Assembly (NCBI GenBank): GCA_964617805.1
Contig: CAZTWK010000005.1
Span: 48,149-112,148, forward strand
Reading direction: 5' to 3'
Length of the DNA stretch: 64,000 nt
Source: an uncultured Fibrobacteraceae bacterium
GTDB taxonomy: Bacteria; Krumholzibacteriota; Krumholzibacteriia; LZORAL124-64-63
The position numbers and the translations under genes are program-made. Numbering within the stretch: the stretch's first letter is position 1; each line of letters starts with the position of its first letter. The notes beneath the pieces are model-generated. The model was not told the origin of the DNA and searched no databases. It saw only the letters and a program-made list of their open reading frames with translations. Positions 54,884 to 64,000 of the stretch are shown one piece after another.

Positions 54884-54907
54884 CGGCCCGCCGCATACGG
54901 CGGGCCG
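54884..54907. terminator. Bidirectional terminator between the Na/Pi transporter and PLA2-like lipoprotein genes
   Basis: aaa-cggcccgccg-cata-cggcgggccg-ttcgttt. Confidence 0.65.
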
Positions 54908-54927
54908 TTCGTTTCCGTCGATCGCGG

Positions 54928-55650
54928 CTAATGGTCGAGCTCTTGCAGCAGCGGCTCGATCAACCGCTCGAAGATCCAGTCGGGCACCCACCAGGGCAGG
55001 CACTTGATCATGCAGATCACCACGTCGATGTTGCACTGCGTGCAGGCCGCGCCCTGGCCGTGGCCGGGGAGCCAGCTCGCGGCGGTGCAGCCGTTGTCGG
55101 CGTAGCACTGGTCGTGGATCTCGCAGCAGGCGAGCATGCACTCGGTCTCCAGGATGTCGGGAATGCCGTCGCAGCCCGGGTTGTCCTTGTCCCCGTTCTT
55201 GCCGGCGGCGGCCGTCGCGTTGATGTAGGCGTAGTACAGGCCCACGTTACAGCCGAAGGGGGTGGCGCCGTCCGCGCCGTAGCCGCTGAGGTAGGTCACA
55301 CCGGGCACGTCGATCACGACGGACTGGGCATCGTAGTTCCAGGTCAGCTCGGCCAGCACGTCGCCGCTGGAGATCTCGATCAGCTCGGTGGTGATGCCCG
55401 CGTTGCTGACCGTACTGGTGGCGCGGGTGCCGTCGCCGAAGTTGATGGGATTGAAGGGGCGACGGATGATCACGGGGTTCACGATGGTCTGCCCGGGGCC
55501 GATCACGACGGGATTCTTGTCGGGCTCGGCGGCTGGGCCTTGGACCTGCTCCGGCCCGACCACGTCCTCGGAACAGCCGGTGCTCAGGACGATCGCTCCG
55601 ACGATCACGGCCATAACTGCTAACAACTTCACGAGATTCAGGCTTTTCAT
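54928..55650 (-). CDS. Lipoprotein with C-terminal secretory phospholipase A2-like Cys-rich domain (CCxxHDxCY)
   Basis: Signal peptide with Cys (LSTGC). 12 Cys in the last ~90 aa, including ACCEIHDQCY, identical to the sPLA2 His/Asp catalytic motif. Possible Ca-loop remnant FGCNVG. Confidence 0.6.
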   Translation of the reverse strand: MKSLNLVKLLAVMAVIVGAIVLSTGCSEDVVGPEQVQGPAAEPDKNPVVIGPGQTIVNPVIIRRPFNPINFGDGTRATSTVSNAGITTELIEISSGDVLAELTWNYDAQSVVIDVPGVTYLSGYGADGATPFGCNVGLYYAYINATAAAGKNGDKDNPGCDGIPDILETECMLACCEIHDQCYADNGCTAASWLPGHGQGAACTQCNIDVVICMIKCLPWWVPDWIFERLIEPLLQELDH

Positions 55651-55737
55651 GACGCCTCCCGGGTTCAGGTCCGTACGTTTGTCCGATACGGGGGGAACAA
55701 CGGGCGGCGTATCATTTCAACAAACGGGGCAAAGAAG

Positions 55738-55761
55738 ACGGCCCGCCGGTAGGCGGGCCGT
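55738..55761 (-). terminator. Rho-independent terminator downstream of the ferritin gene
   Basis: acggcccgcc-ggta-ggcgggccgt, followed on the minus strand by a T-rich run. Confidence 0.55.
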
Positions 55762-55788
55762 CGATCGGGGAGGGAGCGGCCGTGGTGG

Positions 55789-56301
55789 CTATTCGGCCGC
55801 CGTGGGCGTCGGCGCGGGCCGCGCGCCCAGCTCCTGGTCCAGCATGAAGAGGCCGGGGCCTTGCCCACCCATCAGCTTCAGCTTGCCGAGGATGGCGTCG
55901 ACGGTGGCCTCCTCCTCGACCTGCTCGTTGACGAACCACTGCAGCATGTTGCTGGTGGCGAAGTCGTTCTCTTTCATGCAGAGGGCGGCCAGCTTGTTGA
56001 TGTTCCCGGTCATGACCCGCTCGTGGGCCAGGGCGGCCTCGAACATGGCCGAGGCGTCCGCCCACTCGGTCGCGGGCTGGTCCACGGCCTGCAGCAGCAC
56101 GCGGCCGCCGGTCATGTTGATGTAGTCGTAGATCTTCATGGCGTGGAACATCTCTTCCTGGGCCTGCATGCGCATCCAGTGGCCGAAACCCTCGAAATTG
56201 CCGTCCTCGCACCACGAGGCCATGGACAGGTACAGGTAGGCGGAGAAGAACTCGGCCTGGATCTGGTCGTTGAGCGCTCCTTGAATCTTCTCGTTCAACA
56301 C
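55789..56301 (-). CDS. ftnA: Bacterial non-heme ferritin
   Basis: GTG start with AAGGAG RBS 7 nt upstream. Ferroxidase-centre residues in the conserved ferritin helices (EFFSAYLYLSMASW, QEEMFHAMKIYDY). Confidence 0.8.
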   Translation of the reverse strand: MLNEKIQGALNDQIQAEFFSAYLYLSMASWCEDGNFEGFGHWMRMQAQEEMFHAMKIYDYINMTGGRVLLQAVDQPATEWADASAMFEAALAHERVMTGNINKLAALCMKENDFATSNMLQWFVNEQVEEEATVDAILGKLKLMGGQGPGLFMLDQELGARPAPTPTAAE

Positions 56302-56602
56302 GACGGAACTCCTTGTGCCTCTTGGCGGCGTGCCGGTGGGGGGCGAATGGGCGTTTATCGTAGAGAAACAATAGTTTCTGAGACTGGATCTTGCCATTGA
56401 ATTCCATGCGACTAGCTGATATCGGTTATCATGATCGAAAGGTGGCGGTTCCCCCCTAAAATGCCGATACTGAAAGCCCGTAAGAAACGTCCAATCCGGC
56501 GTGGAACCGCCGTCTCCCGACAACTGGCCGCAGACCCGCCCGCAGAGGCCGGCGCCAAGGTCTGCCGCCCGTACCCGCCACACGGTCGTGAAAGGATTAT
56601 TC

Positions 56603-57700
56603 ATGCCGTTGAAAGAAATCGCCTCGTTCCAGGTCTCGCGACTGGAGATCCTGGACGAGACCGGCAAGGTGGACAAGGACCTCGAGCCCGACCTGTCCAA
56701 GGACGAGCTCCTGGAACTGTACCGCCACATGGTCTGGGCGCGCATCACGGACGAGCGGATGCTCAACCTCCAGCGCCAGGGCCGCATCGGCACCTTCGGG
56801 CCCAGCACCGGACAGGAGGCGGCCCACATCGTCCCCATGTTCGCCGCCACGGACAAGGACTGGCTGGTGGGCGCCTTCCGCGAGCACGGCGCGCGCCTGA
56901 TGCGCGGCGAGAGCCTGCTGCGGCAGCTCGTCTACTACAACGGGTACGAGGAGGGCTGCGTCAACGAGCCCGGCTCCAGCCCGCGCAACGTGCCCATCTC
57001 GGTGATCGTCGGCGCCCAGCCCCTGCACGCGGTGGGCCTGGCCTACGCCATGCGCATGAAGGGCGAGCCGGAGTCCGGCGCGCTGGCCTTCACGGGCGAC
57101 GGCGCCACCAGCGAGGGCGACTTCCACGAGGCCATGAACTTCGCCGCGGTCTGGAACCTGCCGGTGGTCTTCGTGGTGCAGAACAACCAGTGGGCCATCT
57201 CGGTGCCGCGGTCGAAGCAGACCAAGTCGGAAACCATCGCCCAGAAGGCCGTCGCCTACGGGATGCACGGCGTCCAGGTGGACGGCAACGACGCGCTGGC
57301 CATGTACGCCGCCACGAAGGAGGCGCTCGAGCGCGGGCGCGCGGGCGAGGGGCCGACCCTCATCGAGGCCGTCACCTACCGCCTGATGATGCACACCACC
57401 GCCGACGACCAGTACAAGTACCGCACCAAGGAGGAGGAGGAGATCTGGTGGACGCGCGATCCGCTGATCCGCTTCCGCAAGTACCTCCAGCGGCGCAAGT
57501 TCTGGAGCGATAAGGATCAAGAGGCTCTGGACGAGGAGCTCAAGGCGCGCCTGGACGAGGAGGTCAAGGCCTTCGAGGCCAAGGACGACTTCCCCCCCGA
57601 GACGCCCTTCGACCACGTCTTCGGCACGCGACACGACGTCATCGAGGAGCAGAAGGCCGCCTTCCTCGAGGAACTGCGGAAGGAGGCCGGCGATGCCTAA
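56603..57700 (+). CDS. 2-oxoacid dehydrogenase E1 component alpha subunit (pyruvate/branched-chain/acetoin type, ThDP-binding)
   Basis: Start at M35 with AAAGGA RBS. ThDP motif GDGATSEGDFHEAMNFAAVWNLPVVFVVQNNQWAIS. Confidence 0.9.
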   Translation: MPLKEIASFQVSRLEILDETGKVDKDLEPDLSKDELLELYRHMVWARITDERMLNLQRQGRIGTFGPSTGQEAAHIVPMFAATDKDWLVGAFREHGARLMRGESLLRQLVYYNGYEEGCVNEPGSSPRNVPISVIVGAQPLHAVGLAYAMRMKGEPESGALAFTGDGATSEGDFHEAMNFAAVWNLPVVFVVQNNQWAISVPRSKQTKSETIAQKAVAYGMHGVQVDGNDALAMYAATKEALERGRAGEGPTLIEAVTYRLMMHTTADDQYKYRTKEEEEIWWTRDPLIRFRKYLQRRKFWSDKDQEALDEELKARLDEEVKAFEAKDDFPPETPFDHVFGTRHDVIEEQKAAFLEELRKEAGDA

Positions 57701-58673
57701 GCTGAACATGGTGCAGGCCATCAACCTGGCCCTCGACGAGGCCATGGCCGACGACGCGGACGTGGTCGTGCTGGGCGAGGACGTGGGCGTCGACGGCGGC
57801 GTGTTCCGCGTCACCGACGGCCTGCACGAGAAGTACGGCGAGGCGCGCGTCATCGACACGCCCCTGGCCGAGAGCGGCATCATCGGCACGGCGATCGGCA
57901 TGGCCATGGCGGGCCTGCGCCCCGTGGGCGAGATGCAGTTCTCCGGATTCTCCTACCTGATGATCCCCCAGCTCGAGGGTCACGCCGCGCGCATGCGCGC
58001 GCGCACCCAGGGCCAGTTCACCGTGCCCCTGGTCATGCGTCTGCCCTACGGCGGCGGCGTGCGCGCCCTGGAGCACCACAGCGAGAGCCGTGAGGTCTAC
58101 TATGCGCACACGCCGGGCGTGAAGGTCGTGATCCCCTCGGGGCCGCGCAACGCCCGCGCCCTGATGCGCGCCGCGATCCTCGATCCCGATCCGGTGGTCT
58201 ACATGGAGCCCAAGCGTTCCTACCGGGCCTTCCGCGAGGAGGTGCCCGAGGAGGCCGAGAAGCTGGAGATCGGCAAGGCGCACATCATCAAGGAAGGCAC
58301 CGACATCACCGTCGTGGCCTGGGGCGCCATGATGCACACCACCAAGAAGGCGGTGGCCGAGATCGAGCAGGAGCGCGGTACGAGCATCGAGCTGATCGAC
58401 CTGCTGACCATCTCGCCCCTGGACGGCAACACCATCGCCGAGTCGGTGCGCAAGACCGGTCGGCTGGCCGTCGTGCAGGAGGCGGCGCGGTCCTTCGGCC
58501 CCGCCAGCGAGATCATCGCCGTCGTCAACGACAAGGCCCTGATGTACCTCGAAGCGCCCGTCCAGCGGGTCACGGGCTACGACGTGGTCACGCCCTATTT
58601 CGGACGCGAGCCGCATTACATGCCGACGGTGGGCCGGGCCCGCCGCGGCATCGAGGCGGCCCTCGACTTCTAA
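57693..58673 (+). CDS. 2-oxoacid dehydrogenase E1 component beta subunit
   Basis: Transketolase-like pyrimidine-binding domain and C-terminal domain. 8-nt overlap with E1 alpha. Confidence 0.9.
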   Translation: MPKLNMVQAINLALDEAMADDADVVVLGEDVGVDGGVFRVTDGLHEKYGEARVIDTPLAESGIIGTAIGMAMAGLRPVGEMQFSGFSYLMIPQLEGHAARMRARTQGQFTVPLVMRLPYGGGVRALEHHSESREVYYAHTPGVKVVIPSGPRNARALMRAAILDPDPVVYMEPKRSYRAFREEVPEEAEKLEIGKAHIIKEGTDITVVAWGAMMHTTKKAVAEIEQERGTSIELIDLLTISPLDGNTIAESVRKTGRLAVVQEAARSFGPASEIIAVVNDKALMYLEAPVQRVTGYDVVTPYFGREPHYMPTVGRARRGIEAALDF

Positions 58674-58683
58674 GGAGAGACCG

Positions 58684-60045
58684 ATGTTCGAGTTCAAGCT
58701 GCCCGACCTGGGCGAAGGCATCCACGAGGGTGAAGTGCTCAAGTGGCACGTGCAGCCCGGCGACACCATCGCCGAGGACGCGCCGCTAGTGGACGTGGAG
58801 ACCGACAAGGCCGCCGTGACCATCCCCTCGCCGCGGGGCGGCAAGGTCATGACGGTCGTGGGCGAGGTGGGCGACGTGGTCGAGACCGGCCAGATCATCG
58901 CCGTGATCGACGACGGCACGGGCGAGACCGTCGCCGACGCTGCGCCGGCCGCCACCGGCCGCGCCGCCGAGGAGATGCCCGCGGGGGTTCCCGAGGAGGA
59001 GCCCGAGCCCGTGGCTGCAGCGCCCGCCGCTCGCGCGGAGACCACCCAACCCAACAGCATGGTGCCCGGCCGGCCGGTCCCCGCGGCACCCGCCACTCGC
59101 CGGCTGGCCCGCGAACTGGGTGTGGACATCAACACCCTGGCCGGCTCCGGCCCCGGCGGCCGCATCATGCCCGCCGACGTGCAGGCCGCGACCACCGGCG
59201 CCCCCGCGCCGACGGTCGTTCCGGATGCCGCGACCGCGGTGGCGGACGACGAGACCGGCGCGGTCACCCGCATGGCGGCCGTCGCCAGCAGCGCCATCCC
59301 CTTCCTGGACATCGAGCCCCTGCCCGACTTCGCGGCCTACGGACCGGTCGAGAAGGAATCGCTGCGCTCGATCCGTCGCAAGGTGGCGCGCAAGATGACC
59401 ACCTCGATGATCCTGGTGCCCCACGTGGCCCACATGGACGACGCCGACGTGACCGAGCTCGAGGATTTCCGCCTGCGCATGCGCGAGCGGCGCGACGGCC
59501 AGGAGGGCTGCAAGCTGACCCTGCTGTCCTTCGTGGTGCGGGCCATCACCGCGGGCCTGAAGGCCGCGCCTGCCTTCAACGCCAGCCTCGACCCGTTCAA
59601 CGAGGAGATCGTCTACAAGAAGTACTACAACATCGGCTTCGCCGCGGACACGGGGAAGGGCCTGGTGGTGCCCGTCATCAAGGGCACCGACACGCGCAGC
59701 ATCAACGAGATCTCCTGCGAGATCGCCGAGAAGGCCAACCTGGCCCGCGAGGGCAAACTGCCCATCGACGACATGCAGGGCGGCACCTTCACGATCACCA
59801 ACGTGGGACCGCTGGGCGGCACCGCGCTGATCCCGACCATCAACTACCCCGAGGTGGCGATCCTGGGCATGGGCCGCGTGCAGGAGAAGCCGGTGGTGCG
59901 CGACGGCGAGATCGTCATCCGCAAGATCCTGCCGCTGACCCTGGCCTTCGACCACCGCGTGGCCGACGGCGCCGACGCCGCCCGCTTCGTGGGCGAGCTG
60001 GTGCGCAACCTGTCCGACCCGAACCTCTTGCTGCTCGATACCTAG
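58684..60045 (+). CDS. Dihydrolipoamide acyltransferase E2 (lipoyl, E3-binding and catalytic domains)
   Basis: Lipoyl-lysine motif VETDKA. Ala/Pro linkers. PSBD (ATRRLARELGVDINTLAGSGPGGRI). Catalytic DHRVADG. Confidence 0.9.
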   Translation: MFEFKLPDLGEGIHEGEVLKWHVQPGDTIAEDAPLVDVETDKAAVTIPSPRGGKVMTVVGEVGDVVETGQIIAVIDDGTGETVADAAPAATGRAAEEMPAGVPEEEPEPVAAAPAARAETTQPNSMVPGRPVPAAPATRRLARELGVDINTLAGSGPGGRIMPADVQAATTGAPAPTVVPDAATAVADDETGAVTRMAAVASSAIPFLDIEPLPDFAAYGPVEKESLRSIRRKVARKMTTSMILVPHVAHMDDADVTELEDFRLRMRERRDGQEGCKLTLLSFVVRAITAGLKAAPAFNASLDPFNEEIVYKKYYNIGFAADTGKGLVVPVIKGTDTRSINEISCEIAEKANLAREGKLPIDDMQGGTFTITNVGPLGGTALIPTINYPEVAILGMGRVQEKPVVRDGEIVIRKILPLTLAFDHRVADGADAARFVGELVRNLSDPNLLLLDT

Positions 60046-60055
60046 GAGATTTGCC

Positions 60056-61465
60056 ATGGTGATGGGGAGCCTGAATCAGGAAATCGAGACGGTGGTCATC
60101 GGCTCGGGGCCCGGCGGCTACGTGGCCGCCCTGCGCCTGGCCGACCTGGGCAAGGACGTGATGCTGATCGAGGAGCGCGAGCGTCCCGGCGGCACTTGTT
60201 TGTTGGAGGGTTGCATCCCCTCGAAGTCCCTGATCAACGCCGTGGAGCTGGGCGAGGCCGCCCGCGCGGCGGACCGCCTCGGCCTCACCTTCACCGACCT
60301 CAAGCTCGACCACCGCAAGCTGCGCGAGTGGACCGACGGCGTGGTGGATACCCTGTCGGGCGGAATCCGCGGCCTGCTCAAGAAGCGCGGCGTGGAACTG
60401 GTGCACGGCAAGGCCCGCTTCCAGGACGCGAAGAGCCTGATGATCGAAGGCGGCGGCACGGTGAGCTTCGAGACCTGCATCGTGGCCACGGGCTCGTCCC
60501 TGAACCGGCTGCCCGAGGGTATCGATCCCAGCGTGTGGTCGAGCGCCGACGCGCTCGAGCTGCGCGAGGTGCCGGGCACGCTGCTGGTTGTGGGTGGCGG
60601 CTACATCGGCCTCGAGCTGGGCCTGGTCTATGCCGGGCTGGGCAGCGAGGTGTCGGTGGTGGAGTTCTTTCCGCGTCTGCTGGCCGGCGCCGACCACGAT
60701 CTGGTGGACGTGATGGTCAAGCAGGTCACGAAGCGCATGCACGAGGTGATGGTCGATTCGAGCGTCAAGAACATCACGCCGGTCGACGGCGGTTTCAAGG
60801 TGTCCATCGAGCACGAGGGCGACACCGTCGAGAAGAGCTACGATCAGGTCCTGGTGGCCATCGGACGACGGCCCAACACCGACGACATCGGGCTGGAGAA
60901 GACGAGGATCGTGGTCGACGACAAGGGCGTCATCGAGACCGACGGCGAGTGCCGCACCGCCGAACCGCACATCTACGCCATCGGCGACGTGACCGCTGGC
61001 CCCATGCTGGCCCACAAGGCCAGCCGCGAGGGCAAGCTGGCCGCCGAGGCCATCGCCGGCCACAAGGTGGAGTTCGACAACCGGGCCATCCCCGCGGTCG
61101 TCTTCACCGACCCGGAGATCTCCTGGTGCGGGCTGACCGAGCGCCGTGCCGAGGACCTGGGCTACGAGATCAACGTGGGGCGCTTCCCCCTGTCGGCCCT
61201 GGGCCGCGCGCGGGCCATCGGCCGGACCGAGGGCTTCGTGAAGGTGATCTCCGAGCCGGGCACCGACCTGATCCAGGGCATCGGCATCGTCGGCCCCCAC
61301 GCCAGCGAGCTGATCGCCGAGGGCGCCCTGGCCATCGAGATGGGGGCGACCCTGGCCGACCTGACCGACACCATCCACCCGCACCCGACGCTCAGCGAGG
61401 CCATCATGGAGGCCGCGGAGGTAGCGGCGGGCACCGCGGTGCATGTGCACCGGCCGGGCAAGTGA
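60056..61465 (+). CDS. lpd: Dihydrolipoyl dehydrogenase E3
   Basis: FAD motif GSGPGGY. Redox disulfide GTCLLEGCIPSK. NAD motif VVGGGYIGLE. C-terminal HPHPTLSE. Confidence 0.9.
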   Translation: MVMGSLNQEIETVVIGSGPGGYVAALRLADLGKDVMLIEERERPGGTCLLEGCIPSKSLINAVELGEAARAADRLGLTFTDLKLDHRKLREWTDGVVDTLSGGIRGLLKKRGVELVHGKARFQDAKSLMIEGGGTVSFETCIVATGSSLNRLPEGIDPSVWSSADALELREVPGTLLVVGGGYIGLELGLVYAGLGSEVSVVEFFPRLLAGADHDLVDVMVKQVTKRMHEVMVDSSVKNITPVDGGFKVSIEHEGDTVEKSYDQVLVAIGRRPNTDDIGLEKTRIVVDDKGVIETDGECRTAEPHIYAIGDVTAGPMLAHKASREGKLAAEAIAGHKVEFDNRAIPAVVFTDPEISWCGLTERRAEDLGYEINVGRFPLSALGRARAIGRTEGFVKVISEPGTDLIQGIGIVGPHASELIAEGALAIEMGATLADLTDTIHPHPTLSEAIMEAAEVAAGTAVHVHRPGK

Positions 61466-62130
61466 GCTCCGACGCAGATCCCGCGCCCATCACCCCGCCG
61501 GTCCCCCCGGCGCACGAGGACTTCCCTCCCTGGATCCGCGACGAGGACCTGATCGCACGCACCGCCCGCGAAGCGCGCGCCTGTGCGCGCGTGGCCGTCT
61601 GCGATGCCGTGGAGGTGGTCATCGGCCGCGGCGGCAAGCCCGACCTGGAACTGGACCTGGACGCCATCGGGGCCGACAGCGCGCCCGTCTACAGGCGCCG
61701 CGGCGGCGGCTGCGCGGTGGTGCTCGATCCCGGCAACCTGCTCGTATCGGCGGCGGCGCCCATGCCGGGCGTCGGCGGCGTGACCTCGGCCTTCGCGGCC
61801 TTCACCGGCTGGGTCGTCGACGGCCTGGCTACGGCGGGGATCCCCGGCGTGGCCGGCGCGGGCGTGAGCGACCTGGTGCTGGAGGACAGGAAGGTCGGCG
61901 GCTCGTGCATCTACCGCACGCGCGGGCTGGTCTACTACAGCACCACGCTGCTGGTGGATCCCGACCTGGAGCGCGTCGCGCGCTATCTGCCCCATCCGCC
62001 CCGCGAGCCGGAGTACCGGCGGGGGCGGCCTCACCGTGATTTCATGGGAACTCTGCCTGTGCCTGCGGCAACCGGTTTCGCGGAGCGGCTGCGTGCCGCC
62101 CTCGGCGACTCGCCGCCGGTATTCGCCTGA
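61462..62130 (+). CDS. Lipoate-protein ligase / octanoyltransferase family protein (BPL_LplA_LipB domain), start uncertain
   Basis: In frame with ORF 60196..62130. GTG overlaps the lpd stop (GTGA). LplA/LipB-like core (RRRGGGCAVVLDPGNLLVS...KVGGS). Follows a lipoyl-dependent complex operon. Confidence 0.55.
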   Translation: MSSDADPAPITPPVPPAHEDFPPWIRDEDLIARTAREARACARVAVCDAVEVVIGRGGKPDLELDLDAIGADSAPVYRRRGGGCAVVLDPGNLLVSAAAPMPGVGGVTSAFAAFTGWVVDGLATAGIPGVAGAGVSDLVLEDRKVGGSCIYRTRGLVYYSTTLLVDPDLERVARYLPHPPREPEYRRGRPHRDFMGTLPVPAATGFAERLRAALGDSPPVFA

Positions 62131-62135
62131 ATCCC

Positions 62136-62774
62136 CTACTCCCGGTCGTAGACCATCTTCAGAGTGACGCTGCTCTTCTGCCCGGGCGGCGTGAACACGT
62201 GTCGCGTCATCAGCCGGTCCCCGGTCTCGTCGAGGACGTAGGTGACCGTTCGGTCCCCACTCTCGCCTTCGCTGCGCACCACGATGCCGCCTGTCGAGAT
62301 CGTCGCCGTGTCGAGGACCCGGCCCTGTTCTGTCCAGCGCTCGACGCGGCGACCGTCTGTGTAGAGAGACTGCAGGATGTCGTTGGCGTCGGTGACGGCG
62401 AACTCCTCGGCCTCGTGGAAGATCTCCAGGCGGGCGAGGCCCTGGATCACGCGCGGCGGCCGGAGGTCGGTGGGGGGTTGGCCGCCGCCGCCCTTCTGCG
62501 CGCCGCCGCGTCCTCTGCCGCCGCCCTGGGCCATGCCGCCGCTCCGGCCTCCTCCTCCGCCGCGCCCCATGCCGCCCGGGCCGCGACCCTGTTCCTGTCG
62601 TTCAGCGGTCCCGCGGCCCAGGACATCGGCGGGATTGTCGCTCAGATCGTCGTTGCGGATCCAGGTGCCCGTGTATCCGGGCCCCGGCTCGCCAGTGTCG
62701 TCTTCGCCGGCCGTGGCGGTCGAGGCCAGGGCCAGGCAGAGGAGCAGGACGGTTATCTTCGTTGCGGTTTTCAT
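62136..62774 (-). CDS. Hypothetical secreted Gly/Arg-rich protein
   Basis: Start at M17 with GGAGG RBS. Signal peptide. Long Gly-rich low-complexity segment, then a ~90-aa globular C-terminus. Confidence 0.55.
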   Translation of the reverse strand: MKTATKITVLLLCLALASTATAGEDDTGEPGPGYTGTWIRNDDLSDNPADVLGRGTAERQEQGRGPGGMGRGGGGGRSGGMAQGGGRGRGGAQKGGGGQPPTDLRPPRVIQGLARLEIFHEAEEFAVTDANDILQSLYTDGRRVERWTEQGRVLDTATISTGGIVVRSEGESGDRTVTYVLDETGDRLMTRHVFTPPGQKSSVTLKMVYDRE

Positions 62775-62950
62775 GTCGAGCCTCCTGCAGGGGGTCGTGG
62801 GATCATGCGTCGAGAGGCCCAACGCGCGTCGCGGGTGTCTCCTGCGGCCAAGTCGGGAACGGCATGAGCCGGGGCGGAAGGCTGTTGCAGGGGGTGGGCC
62901 CGCAACTTATGCGATGGCAGTAGGATACGTACGCTACACGTGTACTCGAC

Positions 62951-63694
62951 CTAGTCGCCGACCAGTTTGTCCAGCGCCAGCGAGGCCAACGCGTAGCCGG
63001 CCGCGCCGGGCACGGCGATGGCGCTTGGCAGACGGTTGCGCACCCGGCCGCGCTCGAGGGTGCGGTCGCCCAGATCCGGGGGCAGCGCGGCCGCCGGCGG
63101 CTCCGCCGACCACACGCAGTCCAGGGGCGCGGCGACGTCCCGCCTACGCAGGAACTTGCGCACCCGCGAGGCCAGGGGGCAGCCCCGGCTCTCCCAGAGA
63201 TCGCCTACCCGCAGGGATGCCACGTCGCGGCGTCCCGCGGCGCCCATGGCGCTCAGGATCGGCTGGCCGTCGGTCAGGCAGCGGGCCAGCAGGGCCAGCT
63301 TGGGGTTGGAACTGTCGATGGCATCGACCACCAGGTCGGGGGCGGGGGAGAGCAGCGTATCGAGGGTGTCCTCGTGCACGAACTCGCGCACCGCTGTGAC
63401 GGTCGTGTCCGGGCAGGTGCGGGCCAGGTGCTCGGCCATCACCTCGGCCTTGGGCCGGCCCACGTCGCCGGGTGCTGCGACGGGATTGCGGTTCAGCGAG
63501 GACGTCGTGACCAGGTCGAAGTCCGCCAGCGTCAGCGCACCGATCCCGCTGCGGGCCAGGGCCAACGTCGCGTGGGCGCCCACGCCGCCGAGGCCGCAGA
63601 CCAGGATCGTGGCGGCGCGCAGGCGCGCGAAGCCGTCGGCGCCGTAGAGATCTATGGTGCGGGTGAAGCGTTCAGGGAAGTCGGAAGAGCTCAC
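62951..63694 (-). CDS. tcdA: tRNA threonylcarbamoyladenosine dehydratase (TcdA/CsdL; ThiF/MoeB E1-like fold)
   Basis: Rossmann GLGGVG. ThiF-family blocks (DFDLVTTSSLNRN). Confidence 0.8.
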   Translation of the reverse strand: MSSSDFPERFTRTIDLYGADGFARLRAATILVCGLGGVGAHATLALARSGIGALTLADFDLVTTSSLNRNPVAAPGDVGRPKAEVMAEHLARTCPDTTVTAVREFVHEDTLDTLLSPAPDLVVDAIDSSNPKLALLARCLTDGQPILSAMGAAGRRDVASLRVGDLWESRGCPLASRVRKFLRRRDVAAPLDCVWSAEPPAAALPPDLGDRTLERGRVRNRLPSAIAVPGAAGYALASLALDKLVGD

Positions 63695-64000
63695 GGGCGT
63701 TCCTCGTGGTTGTGGTGGCGATGTCTTCGACGGTCACGTCCCGGAGCCTCGCCAGCGCCTCGGCCACCCGCCGCACGTTGGCCGGCTCGTTCTCCCCGTC
63801 GGGCACGCCGTCCATGCCCAGTCCGGGAGCGTCGGTCTCGAGCACGATGCATTCCAGCGGCACGACCTCCGCGCTGCGTCGCACCCGCTTGGCCCGCGGC
63901 CGGGTGACCGCGCCGCCGAGGCCGAGGTGCAGTCCCAGATCCAGGAAGCGCCGCGCCAGCTCGGGTCCGCGCGAGAAGGCGTGAACCACGCCGTGGACCG
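63672..64000 (-). CDS. TatD-family metal-dependent hydrolase, 3' (C-terminal) part only; gene continues beyond window end
   Basis: C-terminal TatD motifs (LETDAP, ...TTRNARELF). Frame open to the window edge. Overlaps the tcdA start by 23 nt. Confidence 0.7.
   Translation of the reverse strand, partial: VHGVVHAFSRGPELARRFLDLGLHLGLGGAVTRPRAKRVRRSAEVVPLECIVLETDAPGLGMDGVPDGENEPANVRRVAEALARLRDVTVEDIATTTTRNARELFRLP

Noticed and set aside
1-64000. Search for CRISPR arrays, tRNA/rRNA genes, IS elements, integrases or phage genes.
   Set aside because: No direct-repeat/spacer periodicity, no cloverleaf-capable intergenic segments, and no transposase, integrase or phage-like ORFs were seen. The intergenic spaces are short, except the AT-rich cytochrome control regions.

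Overview
This is a 64 kb window of high-GC (~68-70%) bacterial chromosome, gene-dense on both strands. It contains no rRNA, tRNA, CRISPR array or transposase. The T9SS-type sorting domain, PEGA/FGE lipoproteins and multiheme cytochromes suggest an uncultivated Gram-negative lineage.

Genes in order:
- A partial HAMP/PP2C phosphatase at the window start.
- Two paralogous PEGA-repeat + FGE-sulfatase-domain lipoproteins.
- A THUMP RNA methyltransferase followed by a Mut7-C RNase-domain protein.
- An SDR epimerase, then a TetR-TolC-MFP-RND efflux operon.
- A BtuF-like binding protein, a Drg/TGS GTPase, methyltransferases, an alpha/beta hydrolase, a PrsW protease and an SPFH protein.
- A four-gene Na+-translocating acyl-CoA (methylmalonyl-CoA-type) decarboxylase operon, preceded by a perfect 16-bp palindrome.
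- An extracellular-electron-transfer module: an MtrB/PioB/MtoB-like outer-membrane barrel, an MtrA/MtoA-like periplasmic decaheme cytochrome, a divergent CbcL-like 11-heme c / diheme b fusion and a tetraheme cytochrome c, flanked by unusually AT-rich control regions.
- An SBBP beta-propeller protein with a T9SS-type C-terminal sorting domain.
- An ECF sigma / anti-sigma / DUF4097 trio, a SppA peptidase with an extra N-terminal domain, a CYTH + methyltransferase pair, a PDZ protein and an AI-2E transporter.
- A Tll0287/DUF3365-like heme lipoprotein and an aldehyde dehydrogenase.
- An isolated two-gene module whose first protein ends in an ADP-ribosyltransferase-like ExE-LLPR motif.
- A fused aconitase-family protein, a CBS protein, a Na/Pi cotransporter, a lipoprotein with a secretory-PLA2 CCxxHDxCY motif, ferritin, and a 2-oxoacid dehydrogenase E1a/E1b/E2/E3 operon with a LplA-like gene.
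- TcdA and a partial TatD at the window end.

Most notable: two unrelated envelope genes (the MtoB-like barrel and the SBBP/T9SS protein) are each interrupted by a single in-frame TGA in a near-identical nucleotide context (CGGC-TGA-G..GCCACG). Domain-consistent coding continues downstream in both, and a hairpin follows the barrel TGA, which suggests recoding rather than random decay. Some regulatory-element coordinates are approximate (within 1-2 nt).
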